Below, piece after piece: positions 11,382 to 20,879 of a DNA stretch of 64,000 bases. The position numbers were made by a program, and so were the translations under genes. The number at the start of each line of letters is the position of its first letter. Positions within the stretch are counted from its first letter, which is position 1. The notes under the pieces are model-generated. The model did not search any database and was not told the origin of the DNA. It saw only the letters and a program-made list of their open reading frames with translations. The DNA comes from Planctomycetota bacterium (GTDB lineage: Bacteria > Planctomycetota > UBA11346). The stretch covers positions 1-64,000 of the forward strand of contig JBBQSO010000008.1 of NCBI GenBank assembly GCA_038213805.1. The letters run 5' to 3'.

Positions 11382-11652
11382 CCGCCCCGCGGGCGGTCGA
11401 CGCGAGACTCGTTCTACGAGCAGGTGGCCTGGGAAGCGTCTCCGCCATCAGCAGTGCACCGCTGCACCGGGGACCGTGGGACATAAGCGCGCAAGGACCT
11501 GTGGATCGGGCCGTCCTACCCTGATCAGGACCGGCCCGACAGCATGTCCGTGTGCCGCAAGCCTTCCTCTTCGACGGCCCGCGCATCAACCACGACCCGC
11601 GCCCGGCCCACATCCCCAGTGACAGCCCCGTCCCGCCGCTAGGATCCGCCGC

Positions 11653-12654
11653 ATGCGCTCCACCCTCCTCCTCGCCCTTGCCCTCGCGTGCCCGGTCCTG
11701 CCGCTCGCGGCGGCGGAACCGCTCAACACTTCACCCGCCACGACTTCACCTCGCGCGCTGTTCGTGCGCGCCAGCGTCTCCGAAAAGCAGGTCGCGCTGA
11801 ACAAGCCGGTGCGCATCGAATTCACCACCATGCCGGCGCAGGTCGAGGGCATCGATGTCGCGGCCTCGGTGGCCAATAGCCTGGCCCTTGGCGTGCGCGA
11901 CACCTGGCGGGTGCTCGGCAAGCCGACCGTGGTCCTGCACGACAAGACCCGGACCATCACCGTCTCGGCCATGCTCATCGCGCGCACCGCCGGCGACCTG
12001 CAGCCGCCCGACGTGCCCATCACCTGGCTGCAAGGCAACCAGATCGCCCACTTCGACACCGTGGTGGTCAGCCCGGTGCTTGCGGTCGGCGGCACCACCC
12101 ACGACCTGCCCAAGGTGGTCAGCGAGGTCGCCGGCATCCCCTGGGGCGCCAAGTTCGAGGACTACAAGGCGCGCTTCCCCAAGGACCAGGTCGAGGTGAC
12201 GCCCGAGCGCACCCTCGTCCACCCCGCCAAGACCCTGACCCTGGAGTTCGACGGCGGTCGCCTCGCCCAGGCGAGCATGCAGGTCGACATGACCATCGAC
12301 CAGGTGCGCAGCTCGACCTTCTTCGAGAAGTGGGGCACTCCTCACCTCGAGGACGGCACCACCATGACCTGGATCCTCGGCTTCACCCGTATCACCGCCG
12401 CCCCGACCACACCGGTCGCGGCCGACGCCGCCCCGGTCAGCGGCGTGACCCTGACCTTTGCGCGCGAAGACGTGCTCGCGAGCGTGCACGCCGACGTCGT
12501 CAACGCCAAAGTCTTCGGCGTCCTCGACGGCCCCGCCCGGGAGACCCCGGAGCAGGCCCAGGCGCGCAAGGACCGCGAGATCGAGCAGGAGCTCGACCGG
12601 CCCGCGGTGAAGCTGCCGGATGCGTCGACGCCGGCGGTGTCCGCGCCGAAGTGA
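11653..12654 (+). CDS. Secreted hypothetical protein, BatD-like N-terminal domain
   Basis: Signal peptide; VRASVSEKQVALNKPVRIEF resembles the start of BatD Ig-like domains; strong host codon bias. Confidence 0.6.
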   Translation: MRSTLLLALALACPVLPLAAAEPLNTSPATTSPRALFVRASVSEKQVALNKPVRIEFTTMPAQVEGIDVAASVANSLALGVRDTWRVLGKPTVVLHDKTRTITVSAMLIARTAGDLQPPDVPITWLQGNQIAHFDTVVVSPVLAVGGTTHDLPKVVSEVAGIPWGAKFEDYKARFPKDQVEVTPERTLVHPAKTLTLEFDGGRLAQASMQVDMTIDQVRSSTFFEKWGTPHLEDGTTMTWILGFTRITAAPTTPVAADAAPVSGVTLTFAREDVLASVHADVVNAKVFGVLDGPARETPEQAQARKDREIEQELDRPAVKLPDASTPAVSAPK

Positions 12655-13004
12655 ATCGGTACGGTTGAGCGGTCGAGGGAAACGCTCGCGCGGATCACCG
12701 GTGAATGGGAACGGTTCCGGACCGAGTAGGACGAGCCCGGCGATTAATGGCATGGCACCGTGGCTTGTCTAAACGACCAAGTCTTTCATCGCAGGCTTTT
12801 TGCGGCGCAAGCCTCCCGCACCGCGAGTCGGGAGCACGGCATCACGGACATCTGCGCGCACTACGCTGCTGCCATGAGCCTGACCGGAGACGAGCATCTC
12901 CCTGAGCGCGCGATCGACATCCGCGCAGCCGGGCGGATTCTGGTTTCCGAATTGGAGAAATCAGACGCCGAATAGTCCACTGCGGACCCATATGCAGTGC
13001 CGAC

Positions 13005-13329
13005 GAGCCCGCGGAGGCGGGCGGAAGAAAATAGCCCACGGCGCGAGCCCTGGGAGCACCGCGAAATATCGGATTTCCAAGCCCGCGGACGCGGGCGGCA
13101 GCAGTTCTTCCGCAATCGTCCCGCAACAATAGCGGCGTGTGCCCAGCATCGCTGACGGGATCAGGAAACGGAATCTCTTACGGTCCGCGATTCCTGCCGG
13201 ACGGGGGTCGAACCGTCGCCATGGGCATGTGCCGGCAGGAATCGCGGACCGTAAGAGATGGGATTGTTTTCGCTTCAATTCCCAGGGCTCACGCCCTGGG
13301 CTAATTTCTTCCGCCCGCTCCGCGGGCTC
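13005..13329. repeat. REP/MITE-like element with ~50-bp imperfect terminal inverted repeats
   Basis: gagcccgcggaggcgggcggaagaaaatagcccacggcgcgagccctggga (13005-13055) versus tcccagggctcacgccctgggctaatttcttccgcccgctccgcgggctc (13280-13329); partial third arm at 13079-13101. Confidence 0.85.
13173..13259. repeat. Perfect 28-bp inverted repeat with a 31-nt loop, nested inside the REP-like element
   Basis: atctcttacggtccgcgattcctgccgg (13173-13200) and ccggcaggaatcgcggaccgtaagagat (13232-13259). Confidence 0.92.
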
Positions 13330-13386
13330 ATTGCATGCGGATTTGGCGTCATTTTCGTGACTTAAAACTCGCGCCTGTCGGCGCGC

Positions 13387-13449
13387 AACTCGGGACTCGG
13401 GACGCGCGACGCGCGACGCGCGACGCGCAGCCCACAGCGCGCAGCGCAG
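13387..13449. repeat. Heptamer tandem array with a drifting unit (GACTCGG to GACGCGC x4 to AGCGCGC)
   Basis: aactcgg gactcgg gacgcgc gacgcgc gacgcgc gacgcgc agcccac agcgcgc agcgcag. Confidence 0.8.
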
Positions 13450-13567
13450 GTCTCAGGTACAGTGACGGGTGACGAGTGAATCGCGGCACACTCCACCCAG
13501 CCCGACGTACATGACCCAGTTCACTGATCACAGGTCGCGCGACTTGCAACTCACTGCCTACTCCGTC

Positions 13568-15568
13568 TCAAATCCCCCCTCCACCCTCCTCGTCCTGCGT
13601 CCCCCGCGCCTCCGCCAGGTAGCCATCCAACCGGAACGTCTCCGTCGCGCACGCCGGCAGCGCGCGCAGGAAATAGCGCCCATAAGCGGCGGTCAGCACG
13701 CGATGGTCGCAGATCACCACGGTGCCGCTGTCGTTGCGCGTGCGGATCAGGCGGCCGAAGCCCTGCTTGAGGCGGATGATGGCTTCGGGAACGGTACGCT
13801 CCATGAACGGGTTCCCACCGTTGCGTTTGATGTCCAGGTGGCGGGCCTCGACCACCGGGTGGTTGGGGACCTCGAAGGGCAGCTTGGTGATGATCACGTG
13901 GCGTAGCGCGTCGCCGGGCACGTCGACGCCCTCCCAGAATGAACTGGTGCCGAACAGCACAGCGTTGCCGACGCGCTTGAACAGGTCGAGCATCTGCGCG
14001 CGCCCCATGCCGTCGCCGTGGCGCAGCACGAAGCGGTTGGCACGGTCGAGCGTCGGCCGCACCAGATCGTGCACCGCCTTCAGCTGCCGGTAGCTGGTGA
14101 ACAGCACGAAGGTGCCGCCCTGGGCCTCCGCGAGGTATTCCGACAACCACGCCGACAGCGCGTGCTCGTAACGCGGACTATTGGGGTCGAGCGGCGCGGC
14201 GTTCAACAGCAGCTTGGCCTGGCGCTGGTAGTCGAAGGGCGAATCCAGGCGCTTGGCGATGCCGCCCTCCAGCCCCAGGCGCCGGCGCAGGAACAGGAAG
14301 CGCTCGGAATCGTCCGCGGCGAGCGTCGCCGACGTCAGGATCACCGTACGCGTCGCGGCGAACAGCTTCTCCTTGAGCAGGTCGGCCACCGACAACGGCG
14401 CCATCGACAGCGACGGCGTGCCGCGCGCGGTCGGCACGTGCGCGTAGTAGACGTGCTGCGGCGTGCGCTGCTCGATGATCATGCGCAGCGCGCCGCTCAA
14501 ACTGGCGGCGCGCTCGATCTGCGCGCCCAGCTCCTGCGCCGCATTGTCGTCGGTGGCGCGCTCGCGGGCCACCTCAAGCGCCTTGCCGAGGGAGTCCAGC
14601 GCGGGACTGAGCGGGTTGTCGATCACGCCCGCCCCGACCAGCGGGATGGTGTCGGAATTGGCGGACGGCAGCAGCGCCACCGCCTTCCAGAAGTGTTCGG
14701 ACATCTCGCGCGCGTGGTCGCATTGCTCGCGCGCGAAAGCGTACGACTCGTGCGCGAGCAGGCCCTTGCCCTTGCGGCTCCACAGGCCATCGAGCCAGTA
14801 GCGGACCTGCGCCTCGCTGACCGAGGTCCCCAGGTGGTCGGTGGCGACGTCCTCGAGGGTGTGCGCCTCGTCGAACACCACCACGTCATGCGCCGGCAGG
14901 ATCGCGGCGTGCTCGTCGCGCAGGCTGAGGTCGCTGAAGTAGAGGTGGTGGTTGACAATCAACAGGTGCGCGCCCTCCATCGCGCGGCGCGCGTTGTAGA
15001 AGAAGCAGCTCTCGTAGGTCGGGCATTTGCGCCCGAGGCAATTGCTGCGGTCCGACTGGGCGAGGCGCCAGACCAGCGGCGACGGGTCGAAACCGAGATC
15101 GGCGAGGTCGCCGACCGCGCTGTCCTTGGCCCACTCGGCGAGCTCGCGCAGCGCCGCAGCGTCATCGCGGCTCTCGAAGATCGCCTGCTGCCCGTCGAGC
15201 GCGTACGCCAGACGACGCCGCGACAGGTAGTTCTGGCGGCCCTTGACCAGCACCGCCTTCAATTCCGGGAAGATCTGCTGGAGGAGCGGGATGTCCTTGC
15301 CGACAAGCTGCTCCTGCAGGGCGATGGTGCCGGTCGAGATCACGACCTTGGTGTTGGTGGCGATGGCATGCAGGGCGAGCGGCACCAGGTAAGCGAAGCT
15401 CTTGCCGACGCCGGTCGGCGCCTCGACGATGGCGTGACCGCCCTCGCGCAGCGCGGTGGCCACGGTCTCAGCCATCTCAAGCTGCTGCGGCCGGCTCTCA
15501 TAGGCCTGCAACTTTCCCGCGATCAGCCCCCCGGGCCCGAGCACATCGGTAGGCGTGAGCACCGGCAT
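13568..15568 (-). CDS. dinG: DinG/YoaA-family ATP-dependent helicase
   Basis: Q-motif YESRPQQ, EAPTGVGKS, DEAH, SATL, SPFDY, FWEGVDVPG and QGFGRLIR. Confidence 0.95.
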   Translation of the reverse strand: MPVLTPTDVLGPGGLIAGKLQAYESRPQQLEMAETVATALREGGHAIVEAPTGVGKSFAYLVPLALHAIATNTKVVISTGTIALQEQLVGKDIPLLQQIFPELKAVLVKGRQNYLSRRRLAYALDGQQAIFESRDDAAALRELAEWAKDSAVGDLADLGFDPSPLVWRLAQSDRSNCLGRKCPTYESCFFYNARRAMEGAHLLIVNHHLYFSDLSLRDEHAAILPAHDVVVFDEAHTLEDVATDHLGTSVSEAQVRYWLDGLWSRKGKGLLAHESYAFAREQCDHAREMSEHFWKAVALLPSANSDTIPLVGAGVIDNPLSPALDSLGKALEVARERATDDNAAQELGAQIERAASLSGALRMIIEQRTPQHVYYAHVPTARGTPSLSMAPLSVADLLKEKLFAATRTVILTSATLAADDSERFLFLRRRLGLEGGIAKRLDSPFDYQRQAKLLLNAAPLDPNSPRYEHALSAWLSEYLAEAQGGTFVLFTSYRQLKAVHDLVRPTLDRANRFVLRHGDGMGRAQMLDLFKRVGNAVLFGTSSFWEGVDVPGDALRHVIITKLPFEVPNHPVVEARHLDIKRNGGNPFMERTVPEAIIRLKQGFGRLIRTRNDSGTVVICDHRVLTAAYGRYFLRALPACATETFRLDGYLAEARGTQDEEGGGGI

Positions 15569-15619
15569 GGCCCTACCGTAGCGCCGCCGCGCGCGCGCCA
15601 AGGACGGATAGCGCGCTTC

Positions 15620-16399
15620 TTAGGCCGGCGGCGTGGCGCCGGTCCCCGCCGGGAGGGCGTCCGCCGCCGCTATCACCTGCGACGTGCCCGGCACCGGCGC
15701 GCTGTGCGCCAGCACCTCGCTCCAACCCAGTACCAGGCGCGCTGCACCGACCGCGAGCCCGGGCAGCCACAGGATCCAGGCGATGACCATCGCCCCCAGA
15801 CCGAAATTGAGCAGCGCCGCCACCAGCGTGCCCTGCCACAGCTCGCCGCGATGCGCGCGCAGCGCGACCAGACGGTCGCTGCCGGATAGCCCGCGCACCG
15901 CCATCGCCAGGTCGAGCGAATCGATGGCGGCGATGTGCGCCAGGCCGATGACGCTCACCACGATGCCGATCGGGCCGACCGCCAGGCTGAGCGCGAAGCC
16001 GGAAAGCGGCCACAACAGGCGCGGCAAAAGGGTGCCGGCGAGCACCCGCAGGCTGCCGCCGATGCCGGCATGCAGGCCAAGTTCCATCGTCGGCGCGGCC
16101 CCATCGGCGCGCTGGGCGAGCCGCACCAGCGCTTCGAATGCAAAACTCATCAGCAGCGGCAGGAGCAGCGCCCAGGCCAGCAGCAGGGTGGCAAAACCCA
16201 CCCCGACGGCCTTGGCAACCGCCAGCGCGTACCATAAACCTTTCACCGTCGCCACCGGCCAGGCCCACCAGCCCGCCAGGATGGCCAAGCTTAGCAGCAC
16301 CAGCCAGCCGACCGCCATCGCGGCCAACGGCCGCAGCCACCAGCGCGGCGTGCGCAGGAAACGCAGCAGACCTTCGATCGGCCAGAGGGTGGCACCCAT
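15620..16399 (-). CDS. EI24/CysZ-like membrane protein
   Basis: GLLRFLRTPRWW..P start, several TM helices and a C-terminal LPGLAVGAARL, matching the EI24 pattern. Confidence 0.6.
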   Translation of the reverse strand: MGATLWPIEGLLRFLRTPRWWLRPLAAMAVGWLVLLSLAILAGWWAWPVATVKGLWYALAVAKAVGVGFATLLLAWALLLPLLMSFAFEALVRLAQRADGAAPTMELGLHAGIGGSLRVLAGTLLPRLLWPLSGFALSLAVGPIGIVVSVIGLAHIAAIDSLDLAMAVRGLSGSDRLVALRAHRGELWQGTLVAALLNFGLGAMVIAWILWLPGLAVGAARLVLGWSEVLAHSAPVPGTSQVIAAADALPAGTGATPPA

Positions 16400-16462
16400 G
16401 GCGCGCAGTCTGTTGGCAATGTCAGGGGCGCAATGGCGGCCCATGCAGCTCTCGGCGCCGGA

Positions 16463-16490
16463 AAGCGGGAAGCGCGAAGCGCGAAGCGGA
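16463..16490. repeat. Heptamer tandem repeat (AAGCGCG)x4, degenerate
   Basis: aagcggg aagcgcg aagcgcg aagcgga. Confidence 0.7.
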
Positions 16491-16606
16491 TCGACGCCCG
16501 GTTCTCTGGCATTCCTAACCCGAACGTTCCACAGCCTGACCCCGCCTTGTCCAGAGTGACCGGCAGAAACCTAGCGTGGAGAAACGGACCCCGTAGAACT
16601 GCCGCC

Positions 16607-17152
16607 ATGGCCCAACCGCTCCCCGCTGCCAAAGCTGCGTCACAGGCCGATGCCTTCGCCGCTCTCCCCGCCGACGCCAGCGTCAAGGTCATCCCCTGCG
16701 ACCCCGCGCTCGACGTCGCCTCGGCGCAGGCGGTATGCAGCGCGATCGACAAGCTCTTCGCCCAGTTCGCGCGCGAAGGGCGGGTCGGCACGTGGGCCGC
16801 CGGCAGCGACGCCGATGGTGCCCTGCTGGTGGTCGCCTACACCAGCGCCGATGCGCTCTCCGGATGCAGCAACGACAAGCTCGCCAAGGTGCTGCTCAAC
16901 CACGAGGAGCACCACCAGCGCCGCATGCTGTCCGCGCCGCCGATGGTGGTCGAGGTCGACGGCCAGCCGCGCTGCGTCGACCGCGACGCCCTGCGGCAGC
17001 TTGTGGAGGCCGGCCAAGTCGACGTCGCCAGCCTGACCTGGGACGTGCGCGCCGAGACCCTCGGCGCCTGGCGCGACCGCCGGCACGTGCCGGCGCGCGA
17101 CATCTGGCTCGGGCAAATCATCGCGCGGCTGGTGTCCGCGACGCGCAATTAG
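16607..17152 (+). CDS. Conserved hypothetical protein with an SGCS motif
   Basis: Host-like codon usage; ADALSGCSNDKL motif; C-terminal VPARDIWLG. Confidence 0.7.
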   Translation: MAQPLPAAKAASQADAFAALPADASVKVIPCDPALDVASAQAVCSAIDKLFAQFAREGRVGTWAAGSDADGALLVVAYTSADALSGCSNDKLAKVLLNHEEHHQRRMLSAPPMVVEVDGQPRCVDRDALRQLVEAGQVDVASLTWDVRAETLGAWRDRRHVPARDIWLGQIIARLVSATRN

Positions 17153-17235
17153 TTGGCGCGCCCCGGCGGACGCGGATCTCGCCACTCGCGGCCCGAGTGC
17201 TTGCCACGCACGGTCGGCTGAAGACCGTGCCGGGC

Positions 17236-17790
17236 ATGGTCAAACGCCCCTCGCGCCTCACCCGCCCGCGCTACACCCTGCCCGATGACCAGTCGTTCAC
17301 GATCAAGCCGATCGGCGTCGTGCATTCGCCCTTCCAATGGCGCGACGAGGCGCCGCGCCAAGCCAACGTCGGCGAGGCCCACGATGCGGTGATCGTGCTG
17401 CGCCCCGGCCTGCAGAACGCGCTCAAGGACCTGAGCGGCTTCGACTACTGCTGGGTGCTGTTCTGGTTCCACTGGTCGCACGGCTGGAAGCAGCAGATCG
17501 TGCCACCGCGCGATACCGTGAAACGCGGCCTGTTCGCCACGCGCTCGCCGGACCGCCCGACGCCGATCGGCCTTTCCGCGGTGCGTCTGGTCTCCACCGA
17601 CGGCCCGCGCATCACCATCCGCGGTGTGGACATCCTCAACGGCACACCGGTGCTGGACATCAAGCCGTACATCCCGGCCTACGACGCCTTCCCCAAGGCC
17701 AAGTCGGGCTGGGTGGACGGCCTGACCGCACCCGGGCCGGACCACCGCTACACGGTGACCGGGTCGAAGCGCTCGTCGCCGAGCGGCTGA
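17236..17790 (+). CDS. tsaA: tRNA (N6-threonylcarbamoyladenosine37-N6)-methyltransferase TrmO
   Basis: KPIGVVHSPF, GLFATRSPDRPTPIGLS and DILNGTPVLDIKPY. Confidence 0.93.
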   Translation: MVKRPSRLTRPRYTLPDDQSFTIKPIGVVHSPFQWRDEAPRQANVGEAHDAVIVLRPGLQNALKDLSGFDYCWVLFWFHWSHGWKQQIVPPRDTVKRGLFATRSPDRPTPIGLSAVRLVSTDGPRITIRGVDILNGTPVLDIKPYIPAYDAFPKAKSGWVDGLTAPGPDHRYTVTGSKRSSPSG

Positions 17791-17810
17791 GCGCGGACGC
17801 CGCGCTGCGC

Positions 17811-19457
17811 TCAGGCCAGATAACGCTTGAGCATCGCCGTAGTCGACGGGTTGAACCCCTTGACCTCGGCCTTGCCCCCGCGGCTGGCGGAGAGCTGCCC
17901 GCGCACCTGCTTGGCCAGCACCTTGCCCAGCTCGACGCCCCACTGGTCGAAGCTGTTGAGGCCCCAGATGAAGCCCTGCACCGCGGTGCGGTGCTCGTAG
18001 AGCGCCAGGATCTGCCCAGTGGTGTACGGCGTGAGCATGGGGAACAGCAGGGCGTTCGATGGGCGGTTGCCGGTGAAGACCTTGTGCGGCACCAGCGCGT
18101 CGGCGACGCCCTCGGCCTTGAGCTCGGCGGCGGTCTTGCCGACCGCGAGCGCGTCGGGCTGGGCGAAGAAGTTGGCTATCAGCTCGTCGTGGTTACTGAC
18201 CGCCTCGCCCTTGAGCGCCACCGGCTGCTGGCTGCGCATGAAGCCGATGAAGTCGGCGGGCACCACGCGGCCCTGGTGGACGAGCTGGTAGAATGAGTGC
18301 TGGCCGTTGGTGCCGGGTTCGCCGAAGTTGATTTCGCCGGATTCGAAGGCGAGTTCGGCGCCGTCAAGGCCGACGCGCTTGCCGTTCGACTCCATGTCGA
18401 CCTGCTGGATGTGTGGCGCGAGTTTGAGCAGTGCCTGCGCATACGGCAGCAGTGCGCGCGTGGCCCGGCCCAGGAAGGTCGAATTCCACACCCCGAGCAG
18501 TCCGAGGATCACCGGCAGGTTCTTCTCGGCGGGCGCGCTGAGCAGGTGTCTGTCGATGCTGCGCGCGCCGGCCAGGAACTGCTCGACGATGGCATAGCCG
18601 TACTGCAAGGCGAGCGGCACCACGCCGACCGCGCTGCACACGCTATAGCGCCCGCCGACCCAATCCCAGAAGCCGAAGGCGTTGGCCGGGTCGATGCCGA
18701 AGGCCGCGACGTCCTTGAGGTTGGTCGAGACCGCGACCATGTGCTTGGCGACCGCCGCCTTGCCGAGCTTCTTGACCAGCCAGGCGCGCACCGTCTTGGC
18801 GTTGAGCATGGTCTCTGCGGTGGTGAAGGTCTTCGAGATCACTACGACCAGGGTGGTCGCGGGGTCGAGGCCATCGAGGGCGCGCGTGACGTCGACCGGA
18901 TCAACGTTGGCCAGGAAGCGCAGGCGCCGGCCCTTGGCCGCCTTGGCGCTGGCCGGATCGGTGCGCAGCGCCTCGGACACGAATTCGGGACCGAGATAGC
19001 TGCCGCCGATGCCGATCGCCACCACGTCGGTGAGCTTCTTGCCGGTGGCGCCTTTCCACTTGCCGCTGCGCACCTTCTCGCTGAAGCCCTTGATCCTGGC
19101 GAGCACGCCGTGGACCTGCGCGATCACGTCCTCGCCATCGACGACCAGCTTCTCGTCGGCGGCAGAGCGCAACGCCATGTGCAGCACCGAGCGGTTCTCG
19201 GTCGGGTTGATGCGCTCGCCCGCCGCCATCGCCTTGAGCCGTCCGGCGAGATTCGCCTCCTTGGCCAGGGCGAAGAGCAGCTTCATGGTCTCGCCGGTGG
19301 CGTTCTGGCGGCTGTAGTCCAGGACCACGCCATCATGTTCGACGATCATCGCCGCGCTGCGCTTGGCGTCCTTGAGCAGGTCGCGCAGGTGGGTGGCCTT
19401 GATGGCCGGCACGTGGCCGGCGAGGGCTTTCCAGGCGGACGACGAGGCGATCGACAT
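17811..19457 (-). CDS. pgi: Glucose-6-phosphate isomerase (plant-cytosolic-like subtype)
   Basis: [43 protein letters not shown] and [10 protein letters not shown]. Confidence 0.97.
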   Translation of the reverse strand: MSIASSSAWKALAGHVPAIKATHLRDLLKDAKRSAAMIVEHDGVVLDYSRQNATGETMKLLFALAKEANLAGRLKAMAAGERINPTENRSVLHMALRSAADEKLVVDGEDVIAQVHGVLARIKGFSEKVRSGKWKGATGKKLTDVVAIGIGGSYLGPEFVSEALRTDPASAKAAKGRRLRFLANVDPVDVTRALDGLDPATTLVVVISKTFTTAETMLNAKTVRAWLVKKLGKAAVAKHMVAVSTNLKDVAAFGIDPANAFGFWDWVGGRYSVCSAVGVVPLALQYGYAIVEQFLAGARSIDRHLLSAPAEKNLPVILGLLGVWNSTFLGRATRALLPYAQALLKLAPHIQQVDMESNGKRVGLDGAELAFESGEINFGEPGTNGQHSFYQLVHQGRVVPADFIGFMRSQQPVALKGEAVSNHDELIANFFAQPDALAVGKTAAELKAEGVADALVPHKVFTGNRPSNALLFPMLTPYTTGQILALYEHRTAVQGFIWGLNSFDQWGVELGKVLAKQVRGQLSASRGGKAEVKGFNPSTTAMLKRYLA

Positions 19458-19533
19458 GGATGTTCCCCAGGGGGTTGCGGAAGCAGGCGCCCCACGGATA
19501 CGGCCGCCGGGACGCCCATCAACTGGGAAATGG

Positions 19534-19652
19534 GTCCGGAAGTCCGGAAGTCCGGAAGTCCGGAAGTCGGAGACACGTGAGCGCGGCACGATGCTCGTCG
19601 TAGTCCTGCGCCCTCGCAGCACGACACCTCCGGACTTCCGGACTTCCGGACT
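19534..19652. repeat. GTCCGGAA inverted-tandem element, copy B
   Basis: (GTCCGGAA)4 at 19534-19565, a 62-nt core, and (TTCCGGAC)3 at 19628-19651 touching the ruvX stop codon. Confidence 0.92.
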
Positions 19653-20073
19653 ATTCTTCTCCGTTCAACCAGCGGCGCAGCAGGATGGCGGCCGACTTCG
19701 CGTCCACCTGGCCCTTGGTCGCAGGCCACTTCCCCTCCTCCTTGAGGGCCTCCTCGGCCTCGCTCGAGGAGTAGCGCTCGTCAACTTCATGAACCGGCAG
19801 CGTGCAGACCTTTGCCAGCTCCTTCAGGAAGTCGCGGACCCAGCGCACATTGCCGCCGGCATCGCCGTTCGCGTGCAGCGGCAGGCCGATGACCACCCCC
19901 GTGACGCGCTCGCGACGTGCCAGCTCGGCGATGATCACGGCGGCCTTGGCGTCGCTCTCGCGCGGGACGAAGCCGAGCGGCCGGGTGCTGATGCCGAGCT
20001 CGTCGCAGGTGGCGACGCCGATGCGCACGCGCCCGTAGTCGACGCCGAGGAGACGTTGGGGGGCGCGGGGCAT
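19651..20073 (-). CDS. ruvX: Holliday-junction-resolvase-like / pre-16S rRNA nuclease RuvX (YqgF)
   Basis: [26 protein letters not shown] and [10 protein letters not shown]. Confidence 0.95.
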   Translation of the reverse strand: MPRAPQRLLGVDYGRVRIGVATCDELGISTRPLGFVPRESDAKAAVIIAELARRERVTGVVIGLPLHANGDAGGNVRWVRDFLKELAKVCTLPVHEVDERYSSSEAEEALKEEGKWPATKGQVDAKSAAILLRRWLNGEE

Positions 20074-20126
20074 GGGTTGATGATCGGGAATCTGCCGATG
20101 TGGGGAAGGGCCGCGTGTGATTGGAT

Positions 20127-20253
20127 GAGTGCGGAGTGCGGAGTGACCGTGCCATTGAAGACGCAGTGTTCCCCTGAGTGGCCCTCCATGCAAAATGCCG
20201 ACCTTTGCACAACGGCGACATGTCATCCAACGGTCACTCCGCACTCCGCACTC
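20127..20253. repeat. GGAGTGC inverted-tandem element, copy 1 (perfect 24-bp IR, 79-nt core)
   Basis: gagtgcggagtgcggagtgaccgt (20127-20150) and acggtcactccgcactccgcactc (20230-20253). Confidence 0.92.
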
Positions 20254-20327
20254 CGCGCCGAACTATCGCACCCCGCACCCCTACAGAACCCGCCCATGGC
20301 GCCCCCCCAGCCTCCAGCTATGTTTCC

Positions 20328-20689
20328 AGCTCGCCGCCAGACGGCCGCGTCCGGCGCAAGCCGGCCGAGGAAAGTCCGGGCTCCACAGGGCACAGTGACT
20401 GGTAAATCCAGCCGTCTCCAGTTGCAGGGGGATAGGGACAGTACAACAGAAAGCGAACCGCCTGCGCCGGGCAACCGGCGTCGGTAAGGGTGAAAAGGCG
20501 GGGTAAGAGCCCACCGCTCCCTCCGCAAGGCGGGAGGCATTGCAAACCCCACTGGGAGCAAGCCCAGACCGTGGCGAGGTGCTGCCCGCACCATTTGAGC
20601 CGCGAGTAGGGCGCATGAGGGCCGGCCGCAAGGCCGGCATCGAGAGAAATGGCCGTCCTCGACAGGACCCGGCTTATCGGCGGCCTCTG
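20328..20689 (+). ncRNA. rnpB: RNase P RNA (type A)
   Basis: GAGGAAAGTCCGGGCTCC, ACAGAAA, AGGGTGAAAAGGCGGGGTAAGAGCCCACC, GCAAACCCC..GGGAGCAAG, AGAGAAATG and ACAGGACCCGGCTTA universal motifs. Ends are approximate. Confidence 0.97.
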
Positions 20690-20694
20690 CACAC

Positions 20695-20734
20695 ATCACC
20701 GACCCCGGCCGCAAGGTCGGGGTCGGTGATTTTC
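20695..20734 (+). terminator. Intrinsic terminator of rnpB
   Basis: atcaccgaccccggcc-gcaa-ggtcggggtcggtgat followed by tttc. Confidence 0.85.
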
Positions 20735-20746
20735 AGCCTCCCGCCG

Positions 20747-20838
20747 AGCGAGCAGCGAGCAGCGAGCAGCGAAGAAACTGCATGGTGATTCCCGCGTTGA
20801 CCGGTCTTTTCTCGCAACTCGCAACTCGCAACTGGCAG
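20747..20838. repeat. Heptamer arrays (AGCGAGC)3 and (CTCGCAA)3, partly complementary
   Basis: Arrays at 20747-20774 and 20811-20838; the GCGAG and CTCGC cores pair. Confidence 0.7.
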
Positions 20839-20879
20839 CTACCCCGGACGCCACCTGTTCGCTCACCCATGGACTTCCG

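Noticed and set aside
12760..12975. 71-aa ORF in the repeat-rich gap
   Set aside because: No SD or recognisable motif. It could be a gene fragment but cannot be supported.
20178..20788. Several ORFs over 20178-20788
   Set aside because: The region is the RNase P RNA gene and its terminator.
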